Below, one piece after another: positions 48,260-63,820 of a DNA stretch of 64,000 bases. The stretch comes from Bdellovibrio sp. GTDB taxonomy: Bacteria > Bdellovibrionota > Bdellovibrionia > Bdellovibrionales > Bdellovibrionaceae. The notes beneath the pieces were generated by a model, which worked only from the letters and a program-made list of their open reading frames with translations, ran no database searches and had not been told where the DNA came from. Numbering within the stretch: the stretch's first letter is position 1; the number at the start of each line of letters is the position of its first letter. Location of the stretch: assembly GCA_036676395.1 (NCBI GenBank), contig JAKFCY010000002.1:2240001-2304000 (forward strand), in the 5' to 3' direction. A program made the translations under genes and the position numbers.

Positions 48260-51200
48260 CTAGCCGAATGGTAGTGGTGCTGCATCCATATCTTCGTCTT
48301 CAGCAACAACAACTTTCCATTTTTTGTAGGCTGTTAAGCCAGTACCAGCAGGGATCAAGCGACCCATGATGATATTTTCTTTTAAGCCACGTAAATGATC
48401 TGTTTTTGAATTAATAGCTGCTTCAGTAAGAACTTTTGTAGTCTCTTGGAATGACGCCGCTGAAATCCAGCTTTCAGTGCTTAATGAAACTTTCGTGATA
48501 CCTAATAATAGAGGTCTAAATGTAGCCACTTGGCCACCCTCTTTAGATACACGGTCATTTTCAGTAAGCATTGTTGAACGCTCAGCTTGTTCGCCAGATA
48601 AGAACTTAGTGTCTCCTACTTCAGCGATTTCAACTTTACGTAACATCTGACGTACGATGACTTCGATGTGCTTATCATTGATACCCACACCTTGTAGACG
48701 GTAAACTTCTTGAACTTCGTTAACTAAGTAAGCTGATAATGCTTTCGCACCTAATACCGCTAATAGATCATGCGGATTTGTAGGCCCATCAACTAACGCT
48801 TCACCGGCACGAACGAACTCACCCTCACGAACCGCAACGTGTTTACCTTTTGGAATAAGGTATTCAGTTTGTTCGCCGATTTCTGGAGTTACGATAACAC
48901 GTTGTTTACCTTTTACGTCTTTACCGAAAGTTACGAAACCATCAACTTCAGCAATGATTGCTGCGTCTTTTGGTTTACGTGCTTCGAATAATTCGGCAAC
49001 GCGCGGAAGACCGCCCGTGATATCTTTCGTTTTAGAAGTTTCGCGATGTAGTTTTGCGATCACATCACCGGCGTGCACATCTGCACCGTCAGTAATTAAT
49101 AATTGCGCGCCCACTGGAATCATATAACGAGCTGGAATGTCACGACCTGGAAGGTTCATTACTTTTCCTGCTGCATCAGTCATGAATACAGTTGGTTTGT
49201 TGTCAGAAGTTTTACCTTCAATAATAACTTTAGTAGCGAAACCAGTTACTGGATCCACTTGCTCAGTCATTGTTTTACCTTCAGTGATATCTTGGAACTG
49301 AATTTTCGCAGTTACTTCCGAGATAATCGGATTAGAATACGGATCCCATTCAGCAATAGCGTTTCCTTTAGAAACTTTAGCGCCATCTTTGAAGTTTAAG
49401 ATTGTACCGTAAACTAATTTGAAGTTTTCGCGTTCACGACCAGTTTCATCAACAACTAGGGCATTACCATTACGGTTAAGTACTGTTAATTTGCCAGTTT
49501 TGTTTGTAACAAGCTGAACGTTTTGTAATTTTAAAATACCATCGAAACGAGTTGTATGAACTGATTGCTCAACTGAACGAGATGCCGCACCACCTAAGTG
49601 GAATGTACGCATTGTTAACTGAGTACCTGGCTCACCGATTGATTGAGCTGCGATAATACCAACTGTTTCACCTAAGTTTACAGTCGCACCACGAGATAAA
49701 TCACGGCCATAACATTTCACACAAACACCACGGCGAGCTTCACAAGTTAAAGCTGAACGAATTTGGATTCTTTCGATTCCAGCATCTTCGATACGTTTAA
49801 CTAAGTTTTCGTCCATTTCGCTGTTAGCTTTTAATAATACAGTGTTAGTTGCTGGATCGATAACATCATTGATTGTTACGCGACCTAAAATACGATCAGC
49901 GATACCAAGGATGATTTCACCTGATTCATAAACCGGAGTGATTTCTAAACCTTCTTTAGTTCCGCAATCGATTTCAGAAACAACAACGTCTTGAGCCACG
50001 TCAACTAAACGACGTGTTAAGTATCCAGAGTTGGCTGTTTTTAATGCTGTATCGGCAAGACCTTTACGCGCACCATGTGTAGAAATGAAATATTGAAGTA
50101 CCGTTAAACCTTCACGGAAATTTGCCGTGATCGGTGTTTCGATAATTTCGCCTGATGGCTTAGCCATAAGACCACGCATCGCACCTAACTGACGTAACTG
50201 ATTGAACGATCCACGGGCTCCGGAATCGGCCATGACGTAAATTGGATTGAATGAAGGTCCAACGATTTCTTTACCATCAACGATAAACTTTTGTTTCTCG
50301 ATTTGGCTCATCATCTCTTTGGCAACTTTATCTGAAGTTTGAGCCCAGATATCCACAACTTTATTGTAGCGCTCACCGTCGGTAATTAAACCTTCGTCGT
50401 ACTGTTGTTGGATTTCTTGAACTTGTTTATCAGCATCAGCTAACATCGGAGCTTTTTGTTCTGGGATGATCATGTCATCTACAGAGATCGAAAGACCCGC
50501 TACAGTTGAGTATTTGAAACCTAACTGCATGATTTGATCGGCTAAAATACAAGTCGCTTTCGCGCCTGCAAGACGGAAAGTAGTATCGATTAATGAAGCG
50601 ATAGATTTTTTTGACATCGCTGTATTGATCGTTGTGAAAGGAACTTCTTTAGGAACAACGTCTGATAAAATCGCGCGTCCTACAGTTGTTTCTTCGACTT
50701 TACCTTTAATCTTCACTTTACAAATTGCTTGGATATCGATGATTCCAGTTTCGTAAGCATATAATGCCTCTTGAACTGAAGCGAAACGTTTACCAGCACC
50801 TTTTGCACCTGGGCGAAGACGAGTCATCCAATATAGACCCAAGACAACGTCCTGAGATGGATTGATGATCGGCTTACCATTGGCAGGCGATAAGATATTG
50901 TTAGTCGACATCATTAATACGCGAGCTTCTACTTGCGCTTCCACAGAAAGTGGAACGTGAACTGCCATCTGATCTCCATCGAAATCGGCATTGAATGCAG
51001 TACACACTAATGGATGTAATTGAATCGCTTTACCTTCGTGAAGAACTGGTTCGAACGCTTGGATACCAAGTCTATGTAACGTTGGAGCACGATTTAGTAA
51101 TACTGGATGTTCTTTAACTACTTCAGCTAAGATATCCCATACTTCTACTGTCTCTTGATCAACTAAGCGTTTAGCTTGTTTGATTGTTGTAGCTAAGCCT

Positions 51201-52363
51201 TTTTCTTCAAGTTTGTTGTAAACAAACGGTTTGAATAACTCTAAAGCCATTTTCTTAGGTAGACCGCATTGGTGTAATTTCAATGTTGGTCCTACGGTAA
51301 TAACCGAACGACCAGAGTAATCCACACGTTTACCTAATAAATTCTGACGGAAACGACCTTGTTTACCTTTAAGCATGTCGCTTAATGATTTAAGAGGACG
51401 TTTGTTTGGACCAGTAAATGTTTTACCACGACGACCGTTATCTAATAACGCATCAACCGCTTCTTGTAACATACGTTTTTCATTGCGGATGATAATGTCT
51501 GGAGCGTTAAGCTCTTGAAGACGTTTCAAACGGTTATTACGATTGATTACACGACGGTATAAATCATTTAAGTCAGACGTAGCGAAACGGCCACCATCAA
51601 GAGGTACTAACGGACGTAAATCCGGTGGTAACACAGGAAGCGCTTCTAACATCATCCATTCACATTTATTTGTAGAGCCTTTGAAAGCTTCTACAACTTT
51701 TAAACGCTTAGATAATTTTTTAGTTCCAGCTTCTGATTTAGTCTCTTTAAGTTCCATACGTAACTTACGAGATAAATATTCTGGATCGATTTTGCGTAAC
51801 ATTTCACGAACTGCTTCACCGCCCATGCCGGCTTTGAAGTTAGGACCGAATTCGTTAAGAGCTGCATTGTATGCATCTTCATTAAGAACTGCGCCTTCTT
51901 CTAAAGTTGTCTCCATTGGATCAACAACGATGTAAGATTCGCAGTAAAGAACTTTTTCTACGTCTTTTAACGATAGATTAAGTAAGTTACCGATACGTGA
52001 AGGTAAAGAACGTAAAAACCAGATGTGAGCTACAGGTGTTGCTAACTCGATATGGCCTAAACGCTCACGACGAACTTTAGTTTGTGTAACTTCAACACCG
52101 CACTTTTCGCAGATTACTCCGCGATATTTCATACGTTTATATTTACCGCAAAGACATTCGTAATCTTTGATAGGTCCAAAGATTTTAGCGCAGAATAAAC
52201 CGTCACGTTCAGGTTTGAACGTACGGTAATTGATAGTTTCTGGCTTTTTAACTTCGCCAAATGACCAATCACGGATCATTTCTGGAGAAGCCAATGAAAT
52301 ACGAACTGCATCAAACGAAAGTGGATCTTTTGGTTTGTCGAAAAAATTTAATAAATCTCTCAT
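48260..52363 (-). CDS. rpoC: RNA polymerase beta' subunit
   Basis: NADFDGD catalytic motif, Zn ribbon, [10 protein letters not shown]. Confidence 0.99.
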   Translation of the reverse strand: MRDLLNFFDKPKDPLSFDAVRISLASPEMIRDWSFGEVKKPETINYRTFKPERDGLFCAKIFGPIKDYECLCGKYKRMKYRGVICEKCGVEVTQTKVRRERLGHIELATPVAHIWFLRSLPSRIGNLLNLSLKDVEKVLYCESYIVVDPMETTLEEGAVLNEDAYNAALNEFGPNFKAGMGGEAVREMLRKIDPEYLSRKLRMELKETKSEAGTKKLSKRLKVVEAFKGSTNKCEWMMLEALPVLPPDLRPLVPLDGGRFATSDLNDLYRRVINRNNRLKRLQELNAPDIIIRNEKRMLQEAVDALLDNGRRGKTFTGPNKRPLKSLSDMLKGKQGRFRQNLLGKRVDYSGRSVITVGPTLKLHQCGLPKKMALELFKPFVYNKLEEKGLATTIKQAKRLVDQETVEVWDILAEVVKEHPVLLNRAPTLHRLGIQAFEPVLHEGKAIQLHPLVCTAFNADFDGDQMAVHVPLSVEAQVEARVLMMSTNNILSPANGKPIINPSQDVVLGLYWMTRLRPGAKGAGKRFASVQEALYAYETGIIDIQAICKVKIKGKVEETTVGRAILSDVVPKEVPFTTINTAMSKKSIASLIDTTFRLAGAKATCILADQIMQLGFKYSTVAGLSISVDDMIIPEQKAPMLADADKQVQEIQQQYDEGLITDGERYNKVVDIWAQTSDKVAKEMMSQIEKQKFIVDGKEIVGPSFNPIYVMADSGARGSFNQLRQLGAMRGLMAKPSGEIIETPITANFREGLTVLQYFISTHGARKGLADTALKTANSGYLTRRLVDVAQDVVVSEIDCGTKEGLEITPVYESGEIILGIADRILGRVTINDVIDPATNTVLLKANSEMDENLVKRIEDAGIERIQIRSALTCEARRGVCVKCYGRDLSRGATVNLGETVGIIAAQSIGEPGTQLTMRTFHLGGAASRSVEQSVHTTRFDGILKLQNVQLVTNKTGKLTVLNRNGNALVVDETGRERENFKLVYGTILNFKDGAKVSKGNAIAEWDPYSNPIISEVTAKIQFQDITEGKTMTEQVDPVTGFATKVIIEGKTSDNKPTVFMTDAAGKVMNLPGRDIPARYMIPVGAQLLITDGADVHAGDVIAKLHRETSKTKDITGGLPRVAELFEARKPKDAAIIAEVDGFVTFGKDVKGKQRVIVTPEIGEQTEYLIPKGKHVAVREGEFVRAGEALVDGPTNPHDLLAVLGAKALSAYLVNEVQEVYRLQGVGINDKHIEVIVRQMLRKVEIAEVGDTKFLSGEQAERSTMLTENDRVSKEGGQVATFRPLLLGITKVSLSTESWISAASFQETTKVLTEAAINSKTDHLRGLKENIIMGRLIPAGTGLTAYKKWKVVVAEDEDMDAAPLPFG

Positions 52364-52381
52364 GTTTTTCCCGCTTCCTTA

Positions 52382-56557
<4,176 letters not shown>

Positions 56558-56687
56558 TATTTTTTCTCCAATAGGCTGTGAAATTTAGTTTTTGAAAAAA
56601 TATTTTTTAAAAAAACTAAAAATGAAAATTCGCTTCGGGGGGAATTTACAAGGCCCACATTAATTCAAATTTGAACGTAAGGAATAG

Positions 56688-56716
56688 AAAGTACCTAAAC
56701 TCAATAAGAAAGGCAA
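56688..56716 (-). promoter_or_regulatory. Candidate sigma70 promoter for rpoBC
   Basis: TTGCCT-17 bp-TACTTT on minus strand. Confidence 0.45.
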
Positions 56717-56781
56717 ACGATTGGTTCAGTATTTGCACTCCCTCTAGAGATTTCAAAAATTGCTATTTTTTTATGCTGTTT

Positions 56782-57294
56782 TTAGTAGTGAAAAATCAAA
56801 GCTAAACTTGATGATGTATAGTAGCGTAAATTATGACTTTTGCTATTATAATAAGCACCAAGCCCCTTATCTAAAAGCCTAATATAATAACCTACTTCAA
56901 TTTGCTGCTCAGGAAAGTAAACTTCAGTTGAAAGCTCTAAAATACCGCGAAGCGCCGTCTGTTCATAATAGTCTTCAGGAAAATGACTGGGAGAACTACT
57001 AAAGTAATTATTACCCTTTAAATCGTTTAGAGCATAAGTAAATCCCGCACCAAAACCTAAAACTCTCCACTGCAATGAATTCCATATAGCCTCTACGGCC
57101 ATATAGCGAAACATACAATTCAACTGCCACCCCGCTTCGCCTTCGACCACATAACTACCTATTGAAACTTCAGCAGCAAATGATTTGTCATTTCTATACA
57201 CTCCCCCCAGATAATACTGGCCAAAAAATCCTGAAGTTCCAAGCAAAGGACTCCACCCTGCGTGCGCCATCAGACTTAAAAAAAATGAAAACAA
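56782..57294 (-). CDS. Hypothetical exported protein, possible small beta-barrel
   Basis: Signal-like N-terminus, aromatic-rich alternating strands, aromatic C-terminal residue; start uncertain. Confidence 0.5.
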   Translation of the reverse strand: MFSFFLSLMAHAGWSPLLGTSGFFGQYYLGGVYRNDKSFAAEVSIGSYVVEGEAGWQLNCMFRYMAVEAIWNSLQWRVLGFGAGFTYALNDLKGNNYFSSSPSHFPEDYYEQTALRGILELSTEVYFPEQQIEVGYYIRLLDKGLGAYYNSKSHNLRYYTSSSLALIFHY

Positions 57295-57299
57295 AAAAA

Positions 57300-58094
57300 T
57301 TATGGTTTTAAAACTGTTAATATAATTTCTCCGCTGGGCATTCGCGTAATTTCTAAATTACCTCCGGTTATTTGCACAACTAACCACTGCAGCCGCTGCA
57401 CCCGAGGCACCTGCAACAGCACTGTGCCACTACTATTTTGCAGTTCATAAACATGTTTGTGCCCATAGACCGACATTTTCACGAACGGATTTTGAAACAA
57501 CGGAGCAAACATTGCCGGTGCAAATCTTTCTGAATCTACGAGTGAAATATGTGAAAAAATAAATACGTTTTTAGCTGATTCACTGACTGCATCTAAAAGC
57601 CATTGCGGCTTAAATCCTTCGGGATCTTCTAAGTTTGCAGTGTGAAAGAAAATAAAGCGAGCTGTTGCAGTTTCAAACCAATAATTACTAGGTCCGAATA
57701 TCTTTCTAAAAAGTGCCGGGCCCGCACCAATAGCGTCATGATTGCCGATCACAGTAAAATTAGGCTTAAGCACACCTTCTAAAGCATCGACAAACCGATC
57801 ATATTCAAGATTATAGGCGCTATCGGTAAAATCACCTAAATTGACTACAAAATCTATAGCCGGAGTTTGATTAATCTGATCAATCACTTCATCCAAGTCG
57901 CGGTGATTACTGTGTGAATCCGCAAAAAGAGCGATTTTAATTTCGCCATCACTCTCAACATTCTGCAATTCAGTTTTTGCAACACCATTCAGATCACGCG
58001 CATCGGTAAATACTTTATCCGAGAAAGGCGAATCTTTAAAAGGAGCACAAGTTGTGACGATCAAAAAAAAGGGCACAAGCAAAAAGCTCTTCAT
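57300..58094 (-). CDS. Calcineurin-like metallophosphoesterase, probable lipoprotein
   Basis: DSH, GDFT, GNHD, SH, GHKH motifs; signal peptide ending in Cys. Confidence 0.85.
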   Translation of the reverse strand: MKSFLLVPFFLIVTTCAPFKDSPFSDKVFTDARDLNGVAKTELQNVESDGEIKIALFADSHSNHRDLDEVIDQINQTPAIDFVVNLGDFTDSAYNLEYDRFVDALEGVLKPNFTVIGNHDAIGAGPALFRKIFGPSNYWFETATARFIFFHTANLEDPEGFKPQWLLDAVSESAKNVFIFSHISLVDSERFAPAMFAPLFQNPFVKMSVYGHKHVYELQNSSGTVLLQVPRVQRLQWLVVQITGGNLEITRMPSGEIILTVLKP

Positions 58095-58208
58095 GCAAAA
58101 AGCACCTTGCACCAGCTATACCAACTTTGTTTAGTCGCAAGGGTTCATTCTTTGCATATTTACGAAAGAGAAGAGTGCTTTCGGGCAATATGCCACACAG
58201 GAGTAATC

Positions 58209-58517
58209 ATGTTTGAAAAAGTCGTGTTTTCGTCAACTAAATCTGAATACCTAAAGGGCGCTTTTCAAAACCCGCAGGACATACCTAAACAATATGAATC
58301 TGTATCTTGTGACTTTACCGACGAACTTGAATTCGCCGTGATTAAAAAACTTCAAGTTGAACTGAAGTATTGGAACGTTAAAAACATTCTTCACTCTATT
58401 CGTGGCCGCATCATCGATATCTTCACCCGTGACCAGGAAGAATTTGTAAAAATGTCGAACTTAACTGAAGTTCGTTTGGATCGTATCGCGTCAGTTCATA
58501 TATTAAATGTGCATTAG
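58209..58517 (+). CDS. rof: Rof/YaeO-like Rho-binding antiterminator
   Basis: Y..V.CDF.DELE, ...EE F...EVRLDRI pattern of Rof; SD AGGAG before ATG 58209. Confidence 0.65.
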   Translation: MFEKVVFSSTKSEYLKGAFQNPQDIPKQYESVSCDFTDELEFAVIKKLQVELKYWNVKNILHSIRGRIIDIFTRDQEEFVKMSNLTEVRLDRIASVHILNVH

Positions 58518-58544
58518 ACTGTCCGTTAGCTATGCTATGACCAA

Positions 58545-59834
58545 ATGAAATCTCTACTGAATAATAAATTTTCGCGCGCCCTTGAAATGACTAAGATGGT
58601 GGCTAAATTAGGTATTCAAGAAGTTCGCTCGGGAAATTTACAGTCTCGTATCGAACAAGCTAAAATTCTTACTGAAAGCTTATCACAACTTAAAGGTGCC
58701 GCTATGAAAGCTGGCCAGCTCTTAAGTTTAGATCTTGAAGACTATTTTCCACCTGAAGCCTTAAAAATTTTATCACAGCTGCAAAACAGCATCGCTGATA
58801 CACCTGAAATCGATATTAAAAAAACTTTGCTTACATCTTTTGGCGAAGAAAAATTTAAACAGCTTTCGCAAATTCAGCTAAAACCATTTGCCGCGGCCTC
58901 AATGGGACAAGTCTATCGCGCTGTTTTGAACGAAAATCCAATTGTGTTTAAAATTCTTTACCCTGGCGTTGCCGAATCCGTTTCTAGCGATGTCGCACTC
59001 CTTAAAAAAGCCGTGTGGGCTTTTTGTAAAATGACTGGGCGACAAATGGATCTAGATCCCGTCTTTGCAGAAATTGAAAGTGTATTAAAAACCGAAGTCG
59101 ATTTTGTTCAAGAAAAAAATTCTACAGTCGCATTTCAAAAATTATTTTCGCAGCATACCTGGAAGCACCTAGAAATAAAAACTCCCCAGGTATTTGAAAC
59201 TTACTCAACTCACAATATTTTATGTTCAAGCTATGAAGACGGTTTAACACTAAAAGATTGGATTGATACTAAGCCAGCCAAAGACAAAAAAGAGAAAGTT
59301 GCGCTAAGCTTACTAGAACTATACACCTCAGAATTTTTCAAATGGGGATTAGTTCAAACAGATCCCAATCCAAGCAATTTTATTATTCGTGAAAAACAAA
59401 ATTTAGAAATTATCGCTTTAGACTTTGGCGCGAGCAAAACCTACACATATGAGTTTCGCAAAGCCTATACCGAATTATTAAAGACAATTAAAATCGGATC
59501 AGATGACGACATCATCAAGCGCTCTGTAGAATTCGGATTAGTTGACGTTCGTGAATCTCAAGAAACTTTGGATTTATTTGTTCAACTACTTAAACACGGA
59601 ATTAAACCTTTTAGCCAAAGTAAGAAGTTTCAATTTTCTGATGATACTTTTTTAAAAGAAAATGGAATGTTAGCTCGCACGCTATTACAAAAATTAAAGT
59701 TCTCGGCCCCGCCCCACCAATTACTATTCTTACACAGAAAACTTGGCGGCGTTTATGCCATCTTGAGAAAACTGGAAGTCGAAATTGAAGTTTCTGACTT
59801 CTGGGCTGCGATCGAAAACGGCGAAATCAAATAA
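58545..59834 (+). CDS. ABC1/AarF/UbiB family atypical kinase
   Basis: KGAAMKAGQ.LS, PFAAASMGQVY, KI.YPGV, QTDPNP.NF, DFGA. Confidence 0.92.
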   Translation: MKSLLNNKFSRALEMTKMVAKLGIQEVRSGNLQSRIEQAKILTESLSQLKGAAMKAGQLLSLDLEDYFPPEALKILSQLQNSIADTPEIDIKKTLLTSFGEEKFKQLSQIQLKPFAAASMGQVYRAVLNENPIVFKILYPGVAESVSSDVALLKKAVWAFCKMTGRQMDLDPVFAEIESVLKTEVDFVQEKNSTVAFQKLFSQHTWKHLEIKTPQVFETYSTHNILCSSYEDGLTLKDWIDTKPAKDKKEKVALSLLELYTSEFFKWGLVQTDPNPSNFIIREKQNLEIIALDFGASKTYTYEFRKAYTELLKTIKIGSDDDIIKRSVEFGLVDVRESQETLDLFVQLLKHGIKPFSQSKKFQFSDDTFLKENGMLARTLLQKLKFSAPPHQLLFLHRKLGGVYAILRKLEVEIEVSDFWAAIENGEIK

Positions 59835-59861
59835 AAAAAGGGAATACTTTCGTATTCCCTT
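59833..59861. terminator. Hairpin terminator between the convergent ABC1 kinase gene and rplL
   Basis: AAGGGAATAC-TTTC-GTATTCCCTT with U-tract on minus strand. Confidence 0.8.
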
Positions 59862-59889
59862 CGTAAAGCTAGAATGCTTTGGAGAAAAA

Positions 59890-60249
59890 TTACTTGATAG
59901 TAACTTTCGCGCCAGCAGCTTCTAAAGTCTTTTTCATTTTGTCAGCGTCTTCTTTAGTCGCGCCTTCTTTAACTGCTTTTCCGCCAGCTTCAACTAAAGC
60001 TTTTGCTTCAGCTAAACCTAAGCCAGTGATAGTACGAACTTCTTTAATTACGTTAATTTTGTTGGCGCCAGCGTCAACTAAGATAACGTCAAAAGCAGTT
60101 TGTGCTTCAGCAGCAGGACCGGCAGCAGCAGCAGCAGCTACAGGTGCAGCAGCAGATACGCCCCATTTTGTTTCTAATTCTTTTACTAACTCAGCGATTT
60201 CGATTACTGATTTTGCTGATAATGCTGTTACGATTTGTTCATTTGTCAT
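59890..60249 (-). CDS. rplL: 50S ribosomal protein L7/L12
   Basis: [25 protein letters not shown]. Confidence 0.97.
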   Translation of the reverse strand: MTNEQIVTALSAKSVIEIAELVKELETKWGVSAAAPVAAAAAAGPAAEAQTAFDVILVDAGANKINVIKEVRTITGLGLAEAKALVEAGGKAVKEGATKEDADKMKKTLEAAGAKVTIK

Positions 60250-60279
60250 TTTATAATCCTTTTCTTTAATTAATTTATA

Positions 60280-60810
60280 TTAAGCTTGTGGTGCGGCTTC
60301 ATCTGCAGGTGCTGCAGCTGGCGCTCCGTTTTGTTGTGCGTATGTATTAAGAACACGTGCAAGTCTTGCACTAGGCTCTTTCATTAAACACAATAATTGT
60401 GCACGTAATTGATCTTTACCAGGTAATGTTGCTAAGAATTTGATTTTATTAGAATCAAGAGCTTCGCCATCCATCATGCCCGATTTGATTTTTAATGCTT
60501 CAACGTCTTTGCCGAACTCAGCAAGCGTTTTAGCTACGCCAACAACTTCGTTAAATGCGAAAACGATCGCATTCGTACCAGTTAAGTGACTTGCTAATGC
60601 TTGTTCTTGAACTGCATTACCTTTGAAAGCACGTTTTGCTAACGTATTACGAACAACTTTCATCTCAGACTCAGCAGCGTGTAGCTTTTTACGTAAATTC
60701 GTAACTTGCTCCACTTTCATGCCTTTAAAGTCTACGACGAAAGCGCCTTTAGCTTGAGCGATTTTTTCAGAAAGAGCTTTGATGTCTAATTCTTTTTGTG
60801 CTTTTAGCAT
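60280..60810 (-). CDS. rplJ: 50S ribosomal protein L10
   Basis: LRKKL, VVRNTL, LATLP. Confidence 0.95.
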   Translation of the reverse strand: MLKAQKELDIKALSEKIAQAKGAFVVDFKGMKVEQVTNLRKKLHAAESEMKVVRNTLAKRAFKGNAVQEQALASHLTGTNAIVFAFNEVVGVAKTLAEFGKDVEALKIKSGMMDGEALDSNKIKFLATLPGKDQLRAQLLCLMKEPSARLARVLNTYAQQNGAPAAAPADEAAPQA

Positions 60811-60874
60811 TAGGTGTTTCCTTTCGTTTGTTTAAGGCATCAGGGAAAAGGATATAGATCTTAAAGATTTTTAT

Positions 60875-60949
60875 CCGTCTCGGTTGGCAGCGATCTAAAC
60901 TATTTAGATCGCTATTAATTTCTTATGAAGACCAACTGTCTCTGACGCG
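60875..60949 (-). ncRNA. L10 leader (rplJL autoregulatory RNA)
   Basis: GTCAGAGACAGTTGG...CCAACCGAGAC kink-turn-like stem with internal hairpin in the rplA-rplJ spacer. Confidence 0.65.
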
Positions 60950-60998
60950 TATAATTTTGAATAATAACCGAAGTTATAATACCCGCTTTCGCGAAATA

Positions 60999-61700
60999 CT
61001 ATTCTTCAGATCCTGCCATTGCTTCGTTAGCATCTAGACGGATCGCCGGACCCATTGTAGAAGCTGCGTACATTGAGCGAAGGTAGATACCTTTAGAGGT
61101 AGCTGGTTTAGCTTTAACAACTGTATTGATGAAAGCATCAAAGTTTTCTTTAAGCTTAGCTGCACCCATAGATTTACGACCGATAGAAGCATGTACGATA
61201 CCTGCTTTATCAACGCGGAAATCAAGTTTACCTTTTTTCTCAGCTGTAACTGCTTCAGTAACGTTCATAGTTACAGTTCCAACTTTAGGATTTGGCATTA
61301 AACCACGAGGTCCAAGAACCTTAGCAACTTTTGATACAGTCGCCATCATGTCTGGAGTCGCGATACATTTATCGAAATCTAACCAACCACCGTTGATTTT
61401 TTCAACTAGGTCGTCAGCTCCTACGAAATCTGCACCAGCTGCTTTTGCTTCGTTCTCTTTTGGACCTTTAGCAAAAACAACAACGCGTACTGCTTTGCCT
61501 AAACCGTGAGGTAAAGCGATAGCACCACGAACTTGTTGATCAGATTGTTTTGGATCGATACCTAATTTAACTGCGATATCAATAGATTCATCGAATTTAG
61601 CCGGAGCTGTTTCAACTGCTAATTTGATACCTTCTGCGAATGAATATTTTTTTGAAGCATCAACTTTTTTAGCTGCTGCTGTAAATTTTTTACCTGACAT
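60999..61700 (-). CDS. rplA: 50S ribosomal protein L1
   Basis: KFDES, LGPRGLMPNPK.GTV, STMGP. Confidence 0.98.
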   Translation of the reverse strand: MSGKKFTAAAKKVDASKKYSFAEGIKLAVETAPAKFDESIDIAVKLGIDPKQSDQQVRGAIALPHGLGKAVRVVVFAKGPKENEAKAAGADFVGADDLVEKINGGWLDFDKCIATPDMMATVSKVAKVLGPRGLMPNPKVGTVTMNVTEAVTAEKKGKLDFRVDKAGIVHASIGRKSMGAAKLKENFDAFINTVVKAKPATSKGIYLRSMYAASTMGPAIRLDANEAMAGSEE

Positions 61701-61701
61701 A

Positions 61702-62130
61702 TTACATTCCTTCTACTTCTAAGCCCATGCTTTTTGCTGTACCGGCAACTTGAGACATTGCTGATTCAACTTTCACACAGTTTAAGTCAGGCAACTTTGT
61801 AGTTGCGATAACTTTGATTTGGTCAGTTTTGATTTTACCGACTTTATCTTTTTGTGGCATTTTAGAGCCTGACTCTAATTTTAATGCCTTTTTGATTAAC
61901 GAAGATACCGGAGGCGTCTTAGTGATGAAAGTAAACGAACGGTCTTGGTAAACAGTAATGATGATAGGAATAATGCTATCACCTAGCGCTTGAGTACGCG
62001 CGTTGAACTGTTTACAGAATTCCATAATGTTTACCCCATGCTGTCCAAGTGCCGGTCCAACGGGAGGAGCTGGATTAGCTTTCCCTGCCGGTATCTGCAA
62101 TTTGATCATACCTGTAACTTTTTTTGCCAT
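61702..62130 (-). CDS. rplK: 50S ribosomal protein L11
   Basis: [25 protein letters not shown]. Confidence 0.98.
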   Translation of the reverse strand: MAKKVTGMIKLQIPAGKANPAPPVGPALGQHGVNIMEFCKQFNARTQALGDSIIPIIITVYQDRSFTFITKTPPVSSLIKKALKLESGSKMPQKDKVGKIKTDQIKVIATTKLPDLNCVKVESAMSQVAGTAKSMGLEVEGM

Positions 62131-62319
62131 AGATTCCCACCTTGCAAAGGGTTATTAAGAAACCTCCCCAATGGAGATTTCTGATTTCTGTCGTGAATTT
62201 TACACGAGGTGAAAATATAGCCGCAGGAGCGCGTCAGAGACAACAAAATAATAAGAAAAAATAACGATTTTTACCAATGGCGAGCGAGGATAAAAACCAC
62301 TCCCAACAACACTAAGAAG

Positions 62320-62386
62320 TCCGACCAGGAAGGTCGGATCTTAACGGGTTCAAAAGGGCCGTCAGCCCTTTTCAGACAGGATGTCT
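62320..62386. repeat. GC-rich three-hairpin intergenic element (REP/MITE-like)
   Basis: TCCGACC-AGGAA-GGTCGGA; AAAAGGGC-CGTCA-GCCCTTTT; AGACA-GGA-TGTCT. Confidence 0.45.
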
Positions 62387-62407
62387 CCTACGCAGACCAC
62401 ATAAAAG

Positions 62408-62436
62408 AAAAAAGCCCTGGTTCATCACCAAGGCTT
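62408..62436 (-). terminator. Probable terminator after nusG
   Basis: AAGCCTTGGT...ACCAGGGCTT hairpin followed by U-tract on minus strand. Confidence 0.6.
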
Positions 62437-62465
62437 CAATAAGCAATGCTTAAAACATGAGCTAA

Positions 62466-63029
62466 TTAGTTTTTAGAAACTTGAACAAAATCAAGCTCAA
62501 CAGGCGTTGGACGACCAAAGATCGACACAAGAACCTTAACTTTAGCTTTTTCTTCGTTAATTTCTTCAACTGTACCGTTGAAGTTATTAAATGGACCATC
62601 AACAACAGTAACTTGATCACCGATGTTGTAGTTCGCTTTAGCGCGAGGTTTTTCAGCTACGCCAGCCATTTGCTGAGTAACACGCATAACTTCATGCTCA
62701 GGAACTTCTGGTGGCTTAGTTTTAGCGCCGCCCACGAAGCCAGATACTTTAGAAGAATTTTTTACTAAATGCCAAGATTGATCGCTAAGAACCATGTTAA
62801 CGAAAATATAACCTGGAAAGAACTTACGAGTTTTAGTCGTTTTTTGGCCCTTAACTAATTCAACAACATTTTCAGCAGGAATTAAGATTTCGCCAAACAT
62901 GCTTTCCATTTTATTAGTTTTGATTCTTTCTTCGATAGCAGCCTTAGCTGTGTTTTCACAACCAGATTGAACATTAATGATATACCATTTTTTTTCTGTC
63001 GGTGCTTTTGGTGTCTCTTGATTTTCCAA
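62466..63029 (-). CDS. nusG: Transcription termination/antitermination factor NusG
   Basis: [28 protein letters not shown] start behind SD GAGGAG. Confidence 0.97.
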   Translation of the reverse strand: MENQETPKAPTEKKWYIINVQSGCENTAKAAIEERIKTNKMESMFGEILIPAENVVELVKGQKTTKTRKFFPGYIFVNMVLSDQSWHLVKNSSKVSGFVGGAKTKPPEVPEHEVMRVTQQMAGVAEKPRAKANYNIGDQVTVVDGPFNNFNGTVEEINEEKAKVKVLVSIFGRPTPVELDFVQVSKN

Positions 63030-63066
63030 AATACAACTCCTCTCTGGCTAGGCCAGAAATAATTAA

Positions 63067-63444
63067 CTACTTAAGAATTTGGTTTAATACGAAACCAGAA
63101 AATAAATCAAATACGCTGATGATGATCGAAGAAATGAAAACCATGATAACAACTACAACTGTCATCATGCGCGTATCTTTAATTGGTGGCCATACTACTT
63201 TTTTGATTTCTGCAGTGACTTCATCAGCCCATTGCAAAACGCCTTTATTAAATTGAAGAGAAGCAAATAAAACCACAGCTAACATGACTGGTAGACCGTG
63301 TTTAAATAAATCGTAATCAGAAAGTTTTGCGATTACGCCGAAAGCTCCAGATAAAGCTTTAAGTAAAACTGATACGGTAAAACCAACTAGCGCAGCTAAT
63401 GATAAAAAACATACCGTAATAAATTTTGAATTTGTATTATCCAT
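63067..63444 (-). CDS. secE: Preprotein translocase SecE (three-TM form)
   Basis: E.KKVVWP motif; start reassigned to ATG 63444. Confidence 0.92.
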   Translation of the reverse strand: MDNTNSKFITVCFLSLAALVGFTVSVLLKALSGAFGVIAKLSDYDLFKHGLPVMLAVVLFASLQFNKGVLQWADEVTAEIKKVVWPPIKDTRMMTVVVVIMVFISSIIISVFDLFSGFVLNQILK

Positions 63445-63583
63445 CCGTAAAATCCTTATCTGTTCTTCAGTTATTAAAAACCGAAATTTTTTATGTTTCA
63501 TCCTTCGTGAATAAAACAAAACGGTCTTATTTTTCAATTTCACCACTAAGCTTAACTTGATTTAGTTAAAAGTGAAGTAAAAT

Positions 63584-63659
63584 TGGCAGGGGCTGGGGGA
63601 TTCGAACCCACGACCTAGCGATTTGGAGTCGCTCGCTCTACCGCTGGAGCTAAACCCCT
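63584..63659 (-). tRNA. trnW: tRNA-Trp (CCA)
   Basis: 76-nt cloverleaf, anticodon arm AGCGA-CTCCAAA-TCGCT, GTTCGAATC, encoded 3' CCA. Confidence 0.97.
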
Positions 63660-63745
63660 GCATTAAACGCAAAATATACTCTGTATTTTCATGCCTCGAC
63701 AAGCTTTATTTGACTTGGGCCAAAAGCTTGAGCAAGAGCAAAAGT

Positions 63746-63780
63746 CAAAAAAAAAAAGACCGACTTTTCAGTCGGCCTTT
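63746..63780 (-). terminator. Intrinsic terminator after tuf
   Basis: GGCCGACT-GAAA-AGTCGGTC hairpin followed by long U-tract. Confidence 0.85.
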
Positions 63781-63820
63781 CAATCAGTTTTAAGCTTAGC
63801 TTGAAACCGAGTAGTTAAAA

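Noticed and set aside
60937..62242. 13-bp inverted match CGCGTCAGAGACA between the L10 leader and the rplK promoter region
   Set aside because: Matches of this length are expected by chance in 64 kb, and the second copy appears to lie upstream of the rplK transcription start
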